Virus record (IMG/VR): IMGVR_UViG_3300037467_000746
Location: 1-49,046 of that record
Direction: 5' to 3' (one strand)
Length of the DNA: 49,046 nucleotides
Source of the DNA: a virus
Taxonomy: Duplodnaviria > Caudoviricetes
In this document: in pieces, positions 36,592 to 45,779 of the stretch
How the letters are laid out: each line of letters begins with the position of its first letter
Numbering within the stretch: the first letter of the stretch is position 1
Position numbers and translations under genes: made by a program
Notes under the pieces: model-generated
Seen by the model: the letters and a program-made list of their open reading frames with translations, nothing else
Databases searched by the model: none
What the model was told of the DNA's origin: nothing

Positions 36592-36954
36592 ATGTTGCCA
36601 GACCGGGCCGACACCACCGCCATCATCGAAGAAGCCGTCACCCAAGCCGCCGAATACTGGGGCACCGAACACGACCAGGAAGCAGCCCTGCTCGCCGCCC
36701 TCCAACAACAAGGCGTGCACATCAAACGGAACGAGTTCGCCGAACTCGTCGAAGCGAAGATCGCGATCACCTGGGCCGACCAGCACGCCGACCTCTCCCG
36801 CTACGGCTGGGCCGACAACGAGGACTGGCCGAACCGTGCCGAGTTCATCCGCCAACAACGCGAAGAATGGTACGCCCCCACCCTCGATAGGGTTGTGTGC
36901 CGCACCCGCGAAACCCTCACCCTCACCCACATCGACGACCTGGCCGCGGCATGA
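36592..36954 (+). CDS. hypothetical protein
   Basis: RBS AGGAAGGA. Confidence 0.8.
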   Translation: MLPDRADTTAIIEEAVTQAAEYWGTEHDQEAALLAALQQQGVHIKRNEFAELVEAKIAITWADQHADLSRYGWADNEDWPNRAEFIRQQREEWYAPTLDRVVCRTRETLTLTHIDDLAAA

Positions 36955-37100
36955 CCCGCGACGAAGCCTACGCAAACTGCCCCGCCGGGTCGTATGTCGA
37001 GTTCTACGGGGGCCGGTGGGTAATCGTCCCCCTCGCCCCCGTAGTGCAGCCCGACTTCTTCAAGGTCACCCCCGCAGCTGTTGAAAGGCTGGCGGCATGA
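36951..37100 (+). CDS. small hypothetical protein
   Basis: MTRDEAYANCPAGSY...; ATGA overlaps at both ends. Confidence 0.6.
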   Translation: MTRDEAYANCPAGSYVEFYGGRWVIVPLAPVVQPDFFKVTPAAVERLAA

Positions 37101-37231
37101 TGCGCGGCCTGAAACTCACCAAACGCGGCGAACTCGTCAAAGACACCCTGATCGCCGCCGCCGTCGCCGGGCTGTTCTTCCCGACCATGACCCTCATCAT
37201 CGCCCTCGCCCACACGATCGGACTGAACTAG
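37097..37231 (+). CDS. small membrane protein (44 aa)
   Basis: MMRGLKLTKRGELV + TM segment. Confidence 0.65.
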   Translation: MMRGLKLTKRGELVKDTLIAAAVAGLFFPTMTLIIALAHTIGLN

Positions 37232-37233
37232 CC

Positions 37234-38061
37234 ATGAGCTTCCGTTTCCTGCACAAATCGCACCAGTACCGGCTCACCGAACTGCCCGGACCCGCCCACA
37301 AAGACACGAACCCCGAACTTCGGGTCAGCGGCGTCACGGCCCAACTCGGCGGCGGCATCCCCAAACCGAACCTGATCTACTGGGCCGGCAAAACCGTCGC
37401 CGAATACGTCCGCGACAACCCCGCCGAAATCGAACTGCTCCGCACCCGGGACGACCTCGACATGGTCGCCGAACTCGCGAAGGTCCCCAACCAGGTCCGC
37501 GACGCAGCCGGCGTCCGTGGCACCGCAGTGCACGACCTCGCCGAAAAGATCCTCCACGGCCAGGCCGTAGACGTCCCCGACGAACTCGCCCCCTACGTCG
37601 ATGGCTACCTGCGCCTGATCGACGACTGGGACATTCAGCCCATCCTCACCGAAACGTCGGTCGCGAACCGCAAAGACTGGTACGCGGGCCGGCTCGACTC
37701 GATCGCGACGATCGGGGCGCTGGGCGGGGCGCCGGTCCTGCTCGACTGGAAAACCTCGAAGGGCGTCTACGGTGAAACCGGGCTGCAGTGCGCCGCCTAC
37801 GCGAAAGCCGAGTTCTGGGTGACCGACGAAGACCCGAACACCGAACACCCCATGCCTGAGATTCAGCGGACGATGGTCTGCCACATCACCCCCGACGGGT
37901 CGTTCCTGTACGACCTCGCCCGCAACCCGGCCGAGATTGACCGGCACTACGACATGTTCCTCGCCGCCGCGTTCACCGCAAAGACGGCGAAGGAACGCGA
38001 CGGCATCATCACCGAACCACTCACACTCCCCACCGCCCACACCATGAAAGAAGCAGCATAA
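37234..38061 (+). CDS. PD-(D/E)XK exonuclease (Cas4/RecB-like), partner of the recombinase
   Basis: SGVT, RGTAVH, E, AGRLD, LDWKT, LQCAAY. Confidence 0.85.
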   Translation: MSFRFLHKSHQYRLTELPGPAHKDTNPELRVSGVTAQLGGGIPKPNLIYWAGKTVAEYVRDNPAEIELLRTRDDLDMVAELAKVPNQVRDAAGVRGTAVHDLAEKILHGQAVDVPDELAPYVDGYLRLIDDWDIQPILTETSVANRKDWYAGRLDSIATIGALGGAPVLLDWKTSKGVYGETGLQCAAYAKAEFWVTDEDPNTEHPMPEIQRTMVCHITPDGSFLYDLARNPAEIDRHYDMFLAAAFTAKTAKERDGIITEPLTLPTAHTMKEAA

Positions 38062-39101
38062 TGACCGCCATCGCACTCCCCACCCAGCCCGCCGCCCTTC
38101 CGGCCCCCGCCAACCCGACCGCCGCCGTCGTCGACCTGCAGGCATGGGCTGCCGAGCTCGGCGCCGCGTACACGATCGGGCAGTCACTCGCCTCGACCGA
38201 CTTCGTCCCCATGTCCCTGAAAACCCAGTCAGGCGGGCGCCCGAAAGAACCGCAGCAGGTCGCCGAGAACGTCGCCGCCTGCATCCTCGCCGGCAAAGCC
38301 CTAGGCCTCGACCCGATGAACAGCATTCAGAACATCTTCGTCGTCCACGGACGCCCGGCCATGTACGCCCGCACGATGGCCGCTTTGGTTCTCGCGGCGG
38401 GGCATGAGATCCGCCGCACCGTCTCGACCGAGCAGCGCGTCGTCTACATCGGCCGGCGCAAGGGCGAAACCGAGTGGACCGAAGTCGAATGGACGAAGGA
38501 ACGCGCCCGCAAAGCCGGGTACACCAACAACAAGAAGTACGACACGGACCCGATCGCGATGCTCACCGCGAAGTGCCAGTCGGAGATCTGCCGGGTCATC
38601 GCCCCTGACGTGCTGACCGGCATCGCCGCAACCAGTGTCGAAGAGGTTGAGTTGGACGACCTCGGCGAAGTCACCCCGCCCGAGGGGGTACGCGCTGAAG
38701 GCGTACCCCCGAAGGCGAAGGTGCAGCGGAAGCGCCGCCAGGCACCGGCCCCGGTCGCGCCCGCCGCCGTGCAGGAGGCGCCCCGGGATGAAACCCCCGT
38801 CGACCCCGAAGCCGACGCACTGGCCGAGCAGGCCGACACCGTGACCGGCGAACTGCCCGAAGCTGACCCTGAGGTATCGGAAGAAGCGACCTGCACGCCC
38901 GAGCAGCAGAAAGCTCTCGGCGAAGCCCTCAAAGCCGCAGGCTACGCAACCCGCGCCGTCATGATGTCCAAAGTCACCGACATGGTCGGCCGCGGCGTCG
39001 AGTCCTCCAAAGAACTCACCGAATCCGAAGCGATCGACCTGACCGCCCGGCTCTGGGACGAAGCCGACGCGAACCAGCCCGAGACTGAACCCGCCGCATG
39101 A
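38061..39101 (+). CDS. RecT-like single-strand annealing protein
   Basis: G.ALGLDPM.S.Q.I.VV.GRP...W..ERA.KAG...P.AML.AK...APDVL.G. Confidence 0.8.
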   Translation: MTAIALPTQPAALPAPANPTAAVVDLQAWAAELGAAYTIGQSLASTDFVPMSLKTQSGGRPKEPQQVAENVAACILAGKALGLDPMNSIQNIFVVHGRPAMYARTMAALVLAAGHEIRRTVSTEQRVVYIGRRKGETEWTEVEWTKERARKAGYTNNKKYDTDPIAMLTAKCQSEICRVIAPDVLTGIAATSVEEVELDDLGEVTPPEGVRAEGVPPKAKVQRKRRQAPAPVAPAAVQEAPRDETPVDPEADALAEQADTVTGELPEADPEVSEEATCTPEQQKALGEALKAAGYATRAVMMSKVTDMVGRGVESSKELTESEAIDLTARLWDEADANQPETEPAA

Positions 39102-39316
39102 CCCAACAAGACAAGGGGGGTCGCGCCTACCAGAAAGGGTCGGCGCGGCCCGCCGCGAAACTCACCGAAACCGACGTCCAACAAATCCGCCAAGACGCCG
39201 CGGGCGGGATGAAACAACGCGACATCGCCGACGCCTACGGCATCAGCCAAGGCCTCGTGTCCGGGATCGTCAACGGCAAACGCTGGCAACACGTCACCCA
39301 ACAGGAGCAACAATGA
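39098..39316 (+). CDS. HTH DNA-binding protein
   Basis: AKLTETDVQQIR...QRDIADAYGISQGLVSGIVNGKRW. Confidence 0.8.
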   Translation: MTQQDKGGRAYQKGSARPAAKLTETDVQQIRQDAAGGMKQRDIADAYGISQGLVSGIVNGKRWQHVTQQEQQ

Positions 39317-39558
39317 CCTTCCACCCCCGAGCGACATACACGCCCGGTATGCCGATAGACCCGTACCTGCACGCGATCGGCAGGCCCGTCACCTACTACC
39401 ACGCCGGAATGATCGAAGCAGGACAAATCGCAAAGGTGAGCAACGGCCCCGACGGTCTGCTGTACGACGTCAAGGTCATCAGCGGCGGAACCTTCCGCAA
39501 CGTCACCCTCGGCGATCTCAACAACCCCCAACCCAACACCTTCACCTACGCCCCGTAA
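39313..39558 (+). CDS. hypothetical protein
   Basis: RBS AGGAG; ATGA overlap. Confidence 0.7.
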   Translation: MTFHPRATYTPGMPIDPYLHAIGRPVTYYHAGMIEAGQIAKVSNGPDGLLYDVKVISGGTFRNVTLGDLNNPQPNTFTYAP

Positions 39559-39570
39559 GGAAATAGACAC

Positions 39571-40011
39571 ATGGCAGATATCAAGTTCACCGGCAACCTC
39601 GGCCGGGACGCAGAGTTGAAATACACGAAGAACGGCAGCCCGGTCATGTCCTTCAGTGTCGCCGACTCGAAGTCACGACGGCTAGACAACGGCGAGTACG
39701 AAACCCTCGCCGAGCAGTGGCTGAACTGCACCATCTGGGGCAGCCTGGCAGAGTTCTACGACGGCAAACTCACCCGCGGCACCCGCGTCACCGTCTACGG
39801 CGACTTCATGTCCCGCCCGTATGAGGCGAAGGACGGCTCGAAGGGACTCAGCCTCGATGTGAACGTCAAGGGCGTCGAGATCTTCCCGTCCCGCAACGGC
39901 GGCGGACAGCGGCAGCAGACCAGCGCAACGCAGCAGGGCGGCGGCTGGGGCGGTCAGCAGGACAACAGCGGCGGCTGGGGTAACGGCAACGACTCCGAGC
40001 CTCCCTTCTAA
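39571..40011 (+). CDS. ssb: single-stranded DNA-binding protein
   Basis: GNLGRDAELKYT; Gly-rich tail ending DSEPPF. Confidence 0.93.
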   Translation: MADIKFTGNLGRDAELKYTKNGSPVMSFSVADSKSRRLDNGEYETLAEQWLNCTIWGSLAEFYDGKLTRGTRVTVYGDFMSRPYEAKDGSKGLSLDVNVKGVEIFPSRNGGGQRQQTSATQQGGGWGGQQDNSGGWGNGNDSEPPF

Positions 40012-40130
40012 ATCGTGTCGTCCCCCAACCCGTAACCGAATACGCGCACCATCCTTTCAGAGACCCCGGCCAGTTGCCCCCAACACTGGCCGGGGTCTGG
40101 CCCACCCACCGACAGGAAGAAACCGCCGAC

Positions 40131-40451
40131 ATGGTCATTGAGAAAGCCCCCGTCATCACCGTCTACTCGAAGACGCCCTGCGTCCAGTGCACCGCCGTGA
40201 AGCGCCACCTGGGCAAGAAGGAAGGCGCCGTGTACACGGTCGAAGACCTGACGATCGACCCGGACAACCCGCAGCCGGACGACGCCGAGAAGCAGAACAA
40301 GCTCGACGCCCTGAAGGAACTCGGCTACACCGGCGTCCCGGTGACGTTCGTCAACGATGACCACTTCTACGGGTACGTCGCAGACAAGCTCGACGACGCC
40401 GTCGCCCGCCAGCGCCGCGCACAGCTGCATGTGGTTGAGGCTGCCGCGTGA
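40131..40451 (+). CDS. nrdH: NrdH-like glutaredoxin
   Basis: ITVYSK..CVQC...LGY..VPV; RBS AGGAAG. Confidence 0.85.
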   Translation: MVIEKAPVITVYSKTPCVQCTAVKRHLGKKEGAVYTVEDLTIDPDNPQPDDAEKQNKLDALKELGYTGVPVTFVNDDHFYGYVADKLDDAVARQRRAQLHVVEAAA

Positions 40452-40585
40452 CCCGCGTACTCACGCCGGGGATGATCTTCCGGCCCGAACCGAAGCCCGA
40501 CCCGAAGACGGCCGAGAAGGGCGAACCTTGCCCCGCGTGCGAGTTCATCACGACCAACTCCCAACCGGACTGCCGGTGTAGCTGA
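40448..40585 (+). CDS. small Cys-rich protein (45 aa)
   Basis: GTGA overlap; CPAC...CRC. Confidence 0.5.
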   Translation: MTRVLTPGMIFRPEPKPDPKTAEKGEPCPACEFITTNSQPDCRCS

Positions 40586-40602
40586 ACCAGGCCCGCAGAA
40601 CG

Positions 40603-40635
40603 CCGCCTAGCCCCTTTTGTGGGTTAGGCGGTTTT
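40603..40635 (+). terminator. intrinsic terminator
   Basis: CCGCCTAGCCC / GGGTTAGGCGG + TTTT. Confidence 0.7.
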
Positions 40636-40668
40636 CGGCGTTAGATTCGCAATGCGATACGAACTGTC

Positions 40669-40712
40669 TTGCGATATGCGAAACGTATGCTAATGTTTGA
40701 ACTGTTCGCCCA
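40669..40712 (+). promoter_or_regulatory. SigA-like promoter for the replication operon with half-operator
   Basis: TTGCGA-16-TAATGT (TGn extended); TGTTTGAACTGTTC at 40694. Confidence 0.55.
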
Positions 40713-40731
40713 ACAGTGAAGGAATCAAGCC

Positions 40732-41115
40732 ATGTCAATCAAGGTCACCAAGTCAGACCTCACGCAAATGCGCGTCTACCCTGACACGTTCAAACACCCC
40801 AAGATGCTCAAAGTCAGCGCCGACGCCCGATGGACAGCCTTCGAACTCTGGGCCTACTGCCACAAGTACCGCACCGACGGCCATGTCCCCAACGAAGTCA
40901 TCAAAGACATTCCCCTAGAACAGATCCGGGAACTCGTTCAGGCCGGCCTCATGGAGCAGGACAAGAACCGCGCCGCGTGGATGCACGACTACACCGACTG
41001 GCAGCCGTCCCGGGCACAACTCGAAGCCTACGAAGCGGCTCAGGCCGAAGCGGCACAGCGACGCAGCCAGGCCGGCAAGGTAGCCGCGGGCGCCCGCTGG
41101 CACAAGGCATCGTGA
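40732..41115 (+). CDS. Rep N-terminal-domain-like protein (paralog of the next gene)
   Basis: HPK..VS..A....LW.YC....TDG.VP...LV.AGL...HDY.DWQPS. Confidence 0.7.
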   Translation: MSIKVTKSDLTQMRVYPDTFKHPKMLKVSADARWTAFELWAYCHKYRTDGHVPNEVIKDIPLEQIRELVQAGLMEQDKNRAAWMHDYTDWQPSRAQLEAYEAAQAEAAQRRSQAGKVAAGARWHKAS

Positions 41116-41158
41116 CCCACCCGCACCGGCACCACAACACTCGAAGGGGGCGATCACA

Positions 41159-42001
41159 ATCACCTGGTTCAAAGTCGACGACGGCTTCGCATTCCACCCA
41201 AAAGCCATCATGGCGGGCAACGCCGCGCTCGGTCTCTGGGTACGCGCTGGGGCGTGGTGCGGCGCGAACCTAACAGACGGCGCACTCCCGAAGCACATGA
41301 TCGGCACATTCGGGGCACAAAAGAGGGACGCGAGAAAGCTCGTCGAAGTAGGCCTCTGGGTGGAAACCAAGGACGGATACCAGTTCCACGAATGGGCGCA
41401 GATGCAGCCCTCTAAGGCCGAAGTTCTCGCGGAACGGGCCAAGAACAAAGAGCGGCAGCAAAGGTTTAGAGACCGACAGCGTAACGGCGTTACGGATGGC
41501 GTTACGAACGACGTTACCGACGGCGTGACTAACGGCGCCCCGACCCGACCCGACCCGACCTTAAAAGAAAAAGCTTTTAAAAGATCTTCATCACCGGCTA
41601 CGCCGGACGATGCCGAGCCAGATTCGAACGAACCAGATCCGAAGCCGGTCATGTACTCGCGCGCCTTCGAAGCATTCTGGGACGCCTACCCCCGCAAGGT
41701 GGGGAAGAAAGCCGCGTCGGCCGCGTTCGACAAAGCCCGCAAGGTCGCCAGCCTGCAAACCATCTGCCAAGCCGCAGCCCGCTACCGCGACGACCCGAAC
41801 CGCGACGACGCCTACACGGCCCACCCAACGACCTGGCTCAACGAAGGCCGCTGGGAAGACCAGACACCGCTACCCAACCGCATGGCAGCACAAACCAAAC
41901 CCACAACCTCGCAGCTGCGGGCACAGGCCGGGATCGCCAGACTCGCCGCATACGACAACCACCAACAACAAATGCCCTTCCAACGAGAACTAGGAGCCTG
42001 A
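41159..42001 (+). CDS. replication initiator / replisome organizer, probable ATC start
   Basis: (M)TWFKVDD...HPK...GLWVRAGAW...TDG; FEAFWDAYPRKVGK, HPTTWLNEGRWED. Confidence 0.8.
   Translation: MTWFKVDDGFAFHPKAIMAGNAALGLWVRAGAWCGANLTDGALPKHMIGTFGAQKRDARKLVEVGLWVETKDGYQFHEWAQMQPSKAEVLAERAKNKERQQRFRDRQRNGVTDGVTNDVTDGVTNGAPTRPDPTLKEKAFKRSSSPATPDDAEPDSNEPDPKPVMYSRAFEAFWDAYPRKVGKKAASAAFDKARKVASLQTICQAAARYRDDPNRDDAYTAHPTTWLNEGRWEDQTPLPNRMAAQTKPTTSQLRAQAGIARLAAYDNHQQQMPFQRELGA
41480..41590. repeat. iteron-like repeats plus A/T tract within rep (candidate origin)
   Basis: About four (G)RCGTTAC-type units at 12-bp period, CCCGA x3-4, then TTAAAAGAAAAAGCTTTTAAAAG. Confidence 0.5.
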
Positions 42002-42004
42002 CCC

Positions 42005-42481
42005 ATGGAACTTCGCGAAGCCGCCGAAATCGTCATCGCAATCAACCAGTTCGACCCCCGCGTGCAGTCCAACGAAATCGCCGACGCGATCTGGGCCGAA
42101 GCCCTCGCCCCGTTCACCAAAGAAATCACCTGGGCAGCGGTCAAAGAGCACTACCGGCTCAACGACGACACCGCAGCAACCCCCGGCATGATCCGCAAAC
42201 GCGCAAGCATCATGACCGAACAGCAGAAATCCCGCGAACGCGCCATGGCCGTAGCCCGCGAACGCGAAGTGCTAGGCGAACGCGCCAGCGCAGCAGCAGT
42301 CACCCGGTACCGCGAACTCAAAGCGGAACTCGGCGAAGCCTTCAAAGTCCCCGACAGCCCTAAACCAGCCGATGCCGTGCTCGACCTGTACCACCGGCTC
42401 AAAAACTCCCCACAAGGCGAACTCGTCCAGTTCAACCGCCCCGAACACACCGACTGGGCAACCGACGAACCCGCCGCCTAA
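42005..42481 (+). CDS. putative helicase loader/inhibitor (G39P-like)
   Basis: Follows rep; D.R...W...L.....A..AV.EHY......PG.I pattern. Confidence 0.55.
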   Translation: MELREAAEIVIAINQFDPRVQSNEIADAIWAEALAPFTKEITWAAVKEHYRLNDDTAATPGMIRKRASIMTEQQKSRERAMAVAREREVLGERASAAAVTRYRELKAELGEAFKVPDSPKPADAVLDLYHRLKNSPQGELVQFNRPEHTDWATDEPAA

Positions 42482-42533
42482 GACGCCCGCCAGGCACCCC
42501 ACACCGCACACACACCCGACAGGACAACCAATA

Positions 42534-43037
42534 ATGGTTTACATTCACGGAAAGACAACCCGCCGCCCAGCGACCGAAGCGGACCTCGCGCAAGCCCGGC
42601 ACCACAACGCCCAACTCGCTGCCGAACTACGGCAGTTGGAAGCGATCGGCGAACGGTTACAGGCCGCTGTTGATGAGAAACGCGCCGCACTGGAAGCCGA
42701 CAGAGACGATGCACGGGCCGTCCTGGCCGCTCTGAAGGCCGAAACCGTGTCCCTGCGGGAGGAAACCCAACAACTCGTCGATTACCGCCGCAGAATGGCA
42801 CTGATGCCCCCGCCGATCTACGGAGGCCGTGACGGTCTGCTCGCCGCGACGGCTGAGATTGAGGCTTACGACAACCCGGCGAAGGCTGCCGGCCCGTCGC
42901 ATGGGACCAGGGCGCGCTACTACGCCCCGCATCATTGCCGGTGCGCTGCCTGTAACGCATGGCATGAAGACCACAAGGCCCGCGCCCGTCAGCGTCACCA
43001 TGCCCGCCCGGCCCGACACCTGGAACTCGCAGCGTGA
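42534..43037 (+). CDS. coiled-coil protein with C-terminal HGT..Y..CRC..C motif
   Basis: RBS AGGA; HGTRARYYAPHHCRCAAC. Confidence 0.7.
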   Translation: MVYIHGKTTRRPATEADLAQARHHNAQLAAELRQLEAIGERLQAAVDEKRAALEADRDDARAVLAALKAETVSLREETQQLVDYRRRMALMPPPIYGGRDGLLAATAEIEAYDNPAKAAGPSHGTRARYYAPHHCRCAACNAWHEDHKARARQRHHARPARHLELAA

Positions 43038-43420
43038 AGGTGGTGGAGTGTGGGTCGTATTCGGGGTACCGGGCGCACCGGACCCGGAAAGAACCGGCGT
43101 GCAGGCCGTGTAAGGATGCTGCGGCCGCTTATGAGCGTGAACGGCGTAAGGCGAGGATGGCGGCGCGGGCCATGGGTGAGGTCATCCCCGGGCGTGGGCG
43201 CCCCGCAGGCAGGACAAGCGCGGTTGAGCATTTCCTGGCCGAGGTTGAGCACCTGGCCGACAGTGGCGCGGGTTGGGGCCGGATCTGCGCCGCCTTCGGC
43301 ACGTCGCCGGTGAACCTCGAAAAACGCCTCATGAACCACGGCAGGCACGACCTCGCCGCCCGCGTGTTCGGGGCGGAGCGGTACGCGATCACCCAAGGCG
43401 ACAGAAAGCAGGCGGCATGA
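43034..43420 (+). CDS. Cys/His motif plus HTH-like protein
   Basis: CGSYSGYRAH....EPACRPC; WGRICAAFGTSPVNLEKRL. Confidence 0.65.
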   Translation: MKVVECGSYSGYRAHRTRKEPACRPCKDAAAAYERERRKARMAARAMGEVIPGRGRPAGRTSAVEHFLAEVEHLADSGAGWGRICAAFGTSPVNLEKRLMNHGRHDLAARVFGAERYAITQGDRKQAA

Positions 43421-44013
43421 CCCGGGACCGGCAGCAGGCGGCGTTGGACCGGCTCAGGGCGAAGGGGAACCACCTGGCCCCGGTCATGGTCGACGGGAAG
43501 GTTAGGCCGAAGGGTTCAAGCACAGTACCCGCTGGGCGGGGCGCTGGGCGGGGCGTGACGGCCTCGGAGGGTGCCCCTAGGGTGATTATTCCACCCGTCC
43601 AAAACAAAACGCTTAGCAAGCCCTTTCCCGGCGATGGGATCAGCTTCGCCATTGAAGGCGAACCGGTCTCGAAAGGCAGGCCGCGGTTCAGCCAACGCGG
43701 CGGCAAGGTCCGCACCTACACCCCCGCGAAGACCCTGAATGCCGAACAGGCTGTCGCCGACGCCTTCCGCGCAGCGGCCCCCGGCTACACCTACGCCCCC
43801 GACGGCGCCTATCAGGTCGACGTGGTCTTCGTTAGCGGCACGCGCCGGCAACGCGACGTCGACAACATGCTGAAACTCATCCTCGACGGCCTCAACGGCA
43901 TTGCTTGGGCCGATGACCACCAGGTGCTCAGGACGGTCGCTGAAAAGGGTTACGACCCGGGCAATGCTCGAACGGTCGTAACAATCCGGAGAGTTGACGT
44001 AATGGCCGCTTAG
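43417..44013 (+). CDS. rusA: RusA-like Holliday junction resolvase
   Basis: GEPVSKGRPR, YTP.KT, DVDNMLKLILDGLNGIAWADDHQV. Confidence 0.9.
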   Translation: MTRDRQQAALDRLRAKGNHLAPVMVDGKVRPKGSSTVPAGRGAGRGVTASEGAPRVIIPPVQNKTLSKPFPGDGISFAIEGEPVSKGRPRFSQRGGKVRTYTPAKTLNAEQAVADAFRAAAPGYTYAPDGAYQVDVVFVSGTRRQRDVDNMLKLILDGLNGIAWADDHQVLRTVAEKGYDPGNARTVVTIRRVDVMAA

Positions 44014-44017
44014 GGAC

Positions 44018-44065
44018 TTGCCAACGTCGTAATAAGGCCCTAAGTTTGTTTCAACGGGTCAAGCA
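44018..44065 (+). promoter_or_regulatory. SigA-like promoter with operator
   Basis: TTGCCA-17-TAAGTT; TGTTTCAACGGGTCAAGCA at 44047-44065. Confidence 0.75.
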
Positions 44066-44101
44066 AACAACCCGAACTGAAACCCCTCGAAAGGATCGAC
44101 A

Positions 44102-44383
44102 ATGGCAACCACCGCACGCGTCATCGCCCTACCCCAACAACAAGCCCTCCCCCACGTCGTGGGGTCAGTCGCAGCGCTCCGCAACCTCCCCCACATGACC
44201 ATCCTCATGGTCCAGTCCGGCAGCGCAGCCCAGATCATCAACCACCCCGACGAAGGCCACTACCTGTCCTACGCCGGCACCGACGAAACCGACTCCCTCG
44301 ACCCCACAGACCTGTTCTGGGACCGGTCAAGCATGGACTCACTCATCCGCATGCTGCCCGCCGTCATACTCGACATGCCATGA
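44102..44383 (+). CDS. hypothetical protein
   Basis: RBS GAAAGGA. Confidence 0.75.
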   Translation: MATTARVIALPQQQALPHVVGSVAALRNLPHMTILMVQSGSAAQIINHPDEGHYLSYAGTDETDSLDPTDLFWDRSSMDSLIRMLPAVILDMP

Positions 44384-44760
44384 GCGCACTCGAAGACCTT
44401 GCAGCCGCTTTATACCGCCTGCAATGGGACGCGGACCTCTACGCGACACCGCGAGGCCCTGAGACGAAGCAATACGAAAGGCGAGCGAAGAAACTAATGG
44501 CTGCCGGCTACTACAAGAAAGACGTCGATACACTGGCCGACCAGGAAACCAAAGAAGACGTGCTCGCACGCCACCGCATAAACCACCGCTACGACACCGC
44601 CCTGCATGAGGAGTGCACCTGCGGGAAGCGGTGGATGGTAGGCCCCGGCAAATTAGAGGCCCACCACGCGGAAGTCCTAGCCGCAACGCCCGCCCAACAA
44701 GCATCTAGCGCGCCACTCTGCGCAACCTGCGACGGCGGCGGCTGCGGCGACTGCATATGA
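44380..44760 (+). CDS. hypothetical Cys-containing protein
   Basis: CTCG..H.AEV, CATCDGGGCGDC. Confidence 0.7.
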   Translation: MSALEDLAAALYRLQWDADLYATPRGPETKQYERRAKKLMAAGYYKKDVDTLADQETKEDVLARHRINHRYDTALHEECTCGKRWMVGPGKLEAHHAEVLAATPAQQASSAPLCATCDGGGCGDCI

Positions 44761-44856
44761 CTGTGGGGCCGGGGAATTGCCCGCCCCGACCCCACAACAA
44801 GCAAGAACCCACATTCATTGACTTGAACCCCCAGCATAAACCGAAAGGCCCCGACA

Positions 44857-45324
44857 ATGACCACGCCAGACACCCAACAAGACGAAGAGACCTTCGTCGC
44901 CGCACTCGAAGACGCCTTCGCCGCGGCCGAGCACGAAGACGGACTGCCCGAAGGCACCGTGCTAACCGATCTGTTCATGGAACACCTGCGCCCCGCCCTC
45001 GCCGCGATCCGCCGCCAGGCAGCCGCCGAAGCGCTCACCGAACAGGCCAGCGCTTTCGACCGGCAGGCCGGGTTCTTCGTCAAGCAGCAGAACGCCATGC
45101 TCGCGAAGGGCGACCATGCAAGCGCCGACGTCTACACCGAGTACGTCGACCACGGACACCGGGCCGCAACCAAGCTACGGCAGGCTGCCGCCGACAAGCT
45201 CGCCGAAGGCTATGAATGGCAGTGCGCGTCCGGCCGCGGCTGCGACACGCCTGTTCCTGACGCTGGCGACGAGTGCGCCCGATGCCACGCCGAAGGCGAC
45301 GACGAAAACTACTGGGAGGAATGA
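44857..45324 (+). CDS. hypothetical protein with C-terminal Zn ribbon
   Basis: RBS GAAAGG; C....C...CARC. Confidence 0.75.
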   Translation: MTTPDTQQDEETFVAALEDAFAAAEHEDGLPEGTVLTDLFMEHLRPALAAIRRQAAAEALTEQASAFDRQAGFFVKQQNAMLAKGDHASADVYTEYVDHGHRAATKLRQAAADKLAEGYEWQCASGRGCDTPVPDAGDECARCHAEGDDENYWEE

Positions 45325-45468
45325 ATGCTGACCCCCGGCACCGCCCTGAACCGTGACGCTTACCTGATCGTCGACGGGTACTGGATACCCCGCCACATGA
45401 TCACCGGCCGCACCCAAGCCGGCGACTTCATCCTGAACAACGGCCTCGTCATCAAGGACAAACCATGA
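45325..45468 (+). CDS. small hypothetical protein (47 aa)
   Basis: RBS GGAGG; MLTPGTALNRDAYLIVDGYWIP... Confidence 0.6.
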   Translation: MLTPGTALNRDAYLIVDGYWIPRHMITGRTQAGDFILNNGLVIKDKP

Positions 45469-45779
45469 ACCTGCTGACCGTCCTCGCCGTCATCCTGTTG
45501 ATCATCATGATCATCGCCCCGTTCATCCTGCTCCGACGCCGCAAAGCCCGGCAGCAGCCCCCGACGCCCATCCGAGCTGAGTTTGTGGACTTCATCGAGG
45601 CGAACTACGCACACGCCCACGGCCTCACGCTCGACGTCTGGCAGTCGCTCCCGCCCGCGACCCGCGCTCAACTCCGCGACAACGTCGCCCATGGCGTGAA
45701 CCGGCGCCCAACGACCTCCATGCCCTGCCGCTGCAGCAAGTGTATGCAAGCCCTAATCGCCTACAAGAGGTCATCATGA
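45465..45779 (+). CDS. membrane-anchored protein
   Basis: N-terminal TM; CRCSKC. Confidence 0.7.
   Translation: MNLLTVLAVILLIIMIIAPFILLRRRKARQQPPTPIRAEFVDFIEANYAHAHGLTLDVWQSLPPATRAQLRDNVAHGVNRRPTTSMPCRCSKCMQALIAYKRSS

Noticed and set aside
37234-38061. CRISPR-Cas system suggested by the Cas4-like nuclease
   Set aside because: No repeat-spacer array or other cas genes; the context is an exonuclease-RecT-SSB recombination module
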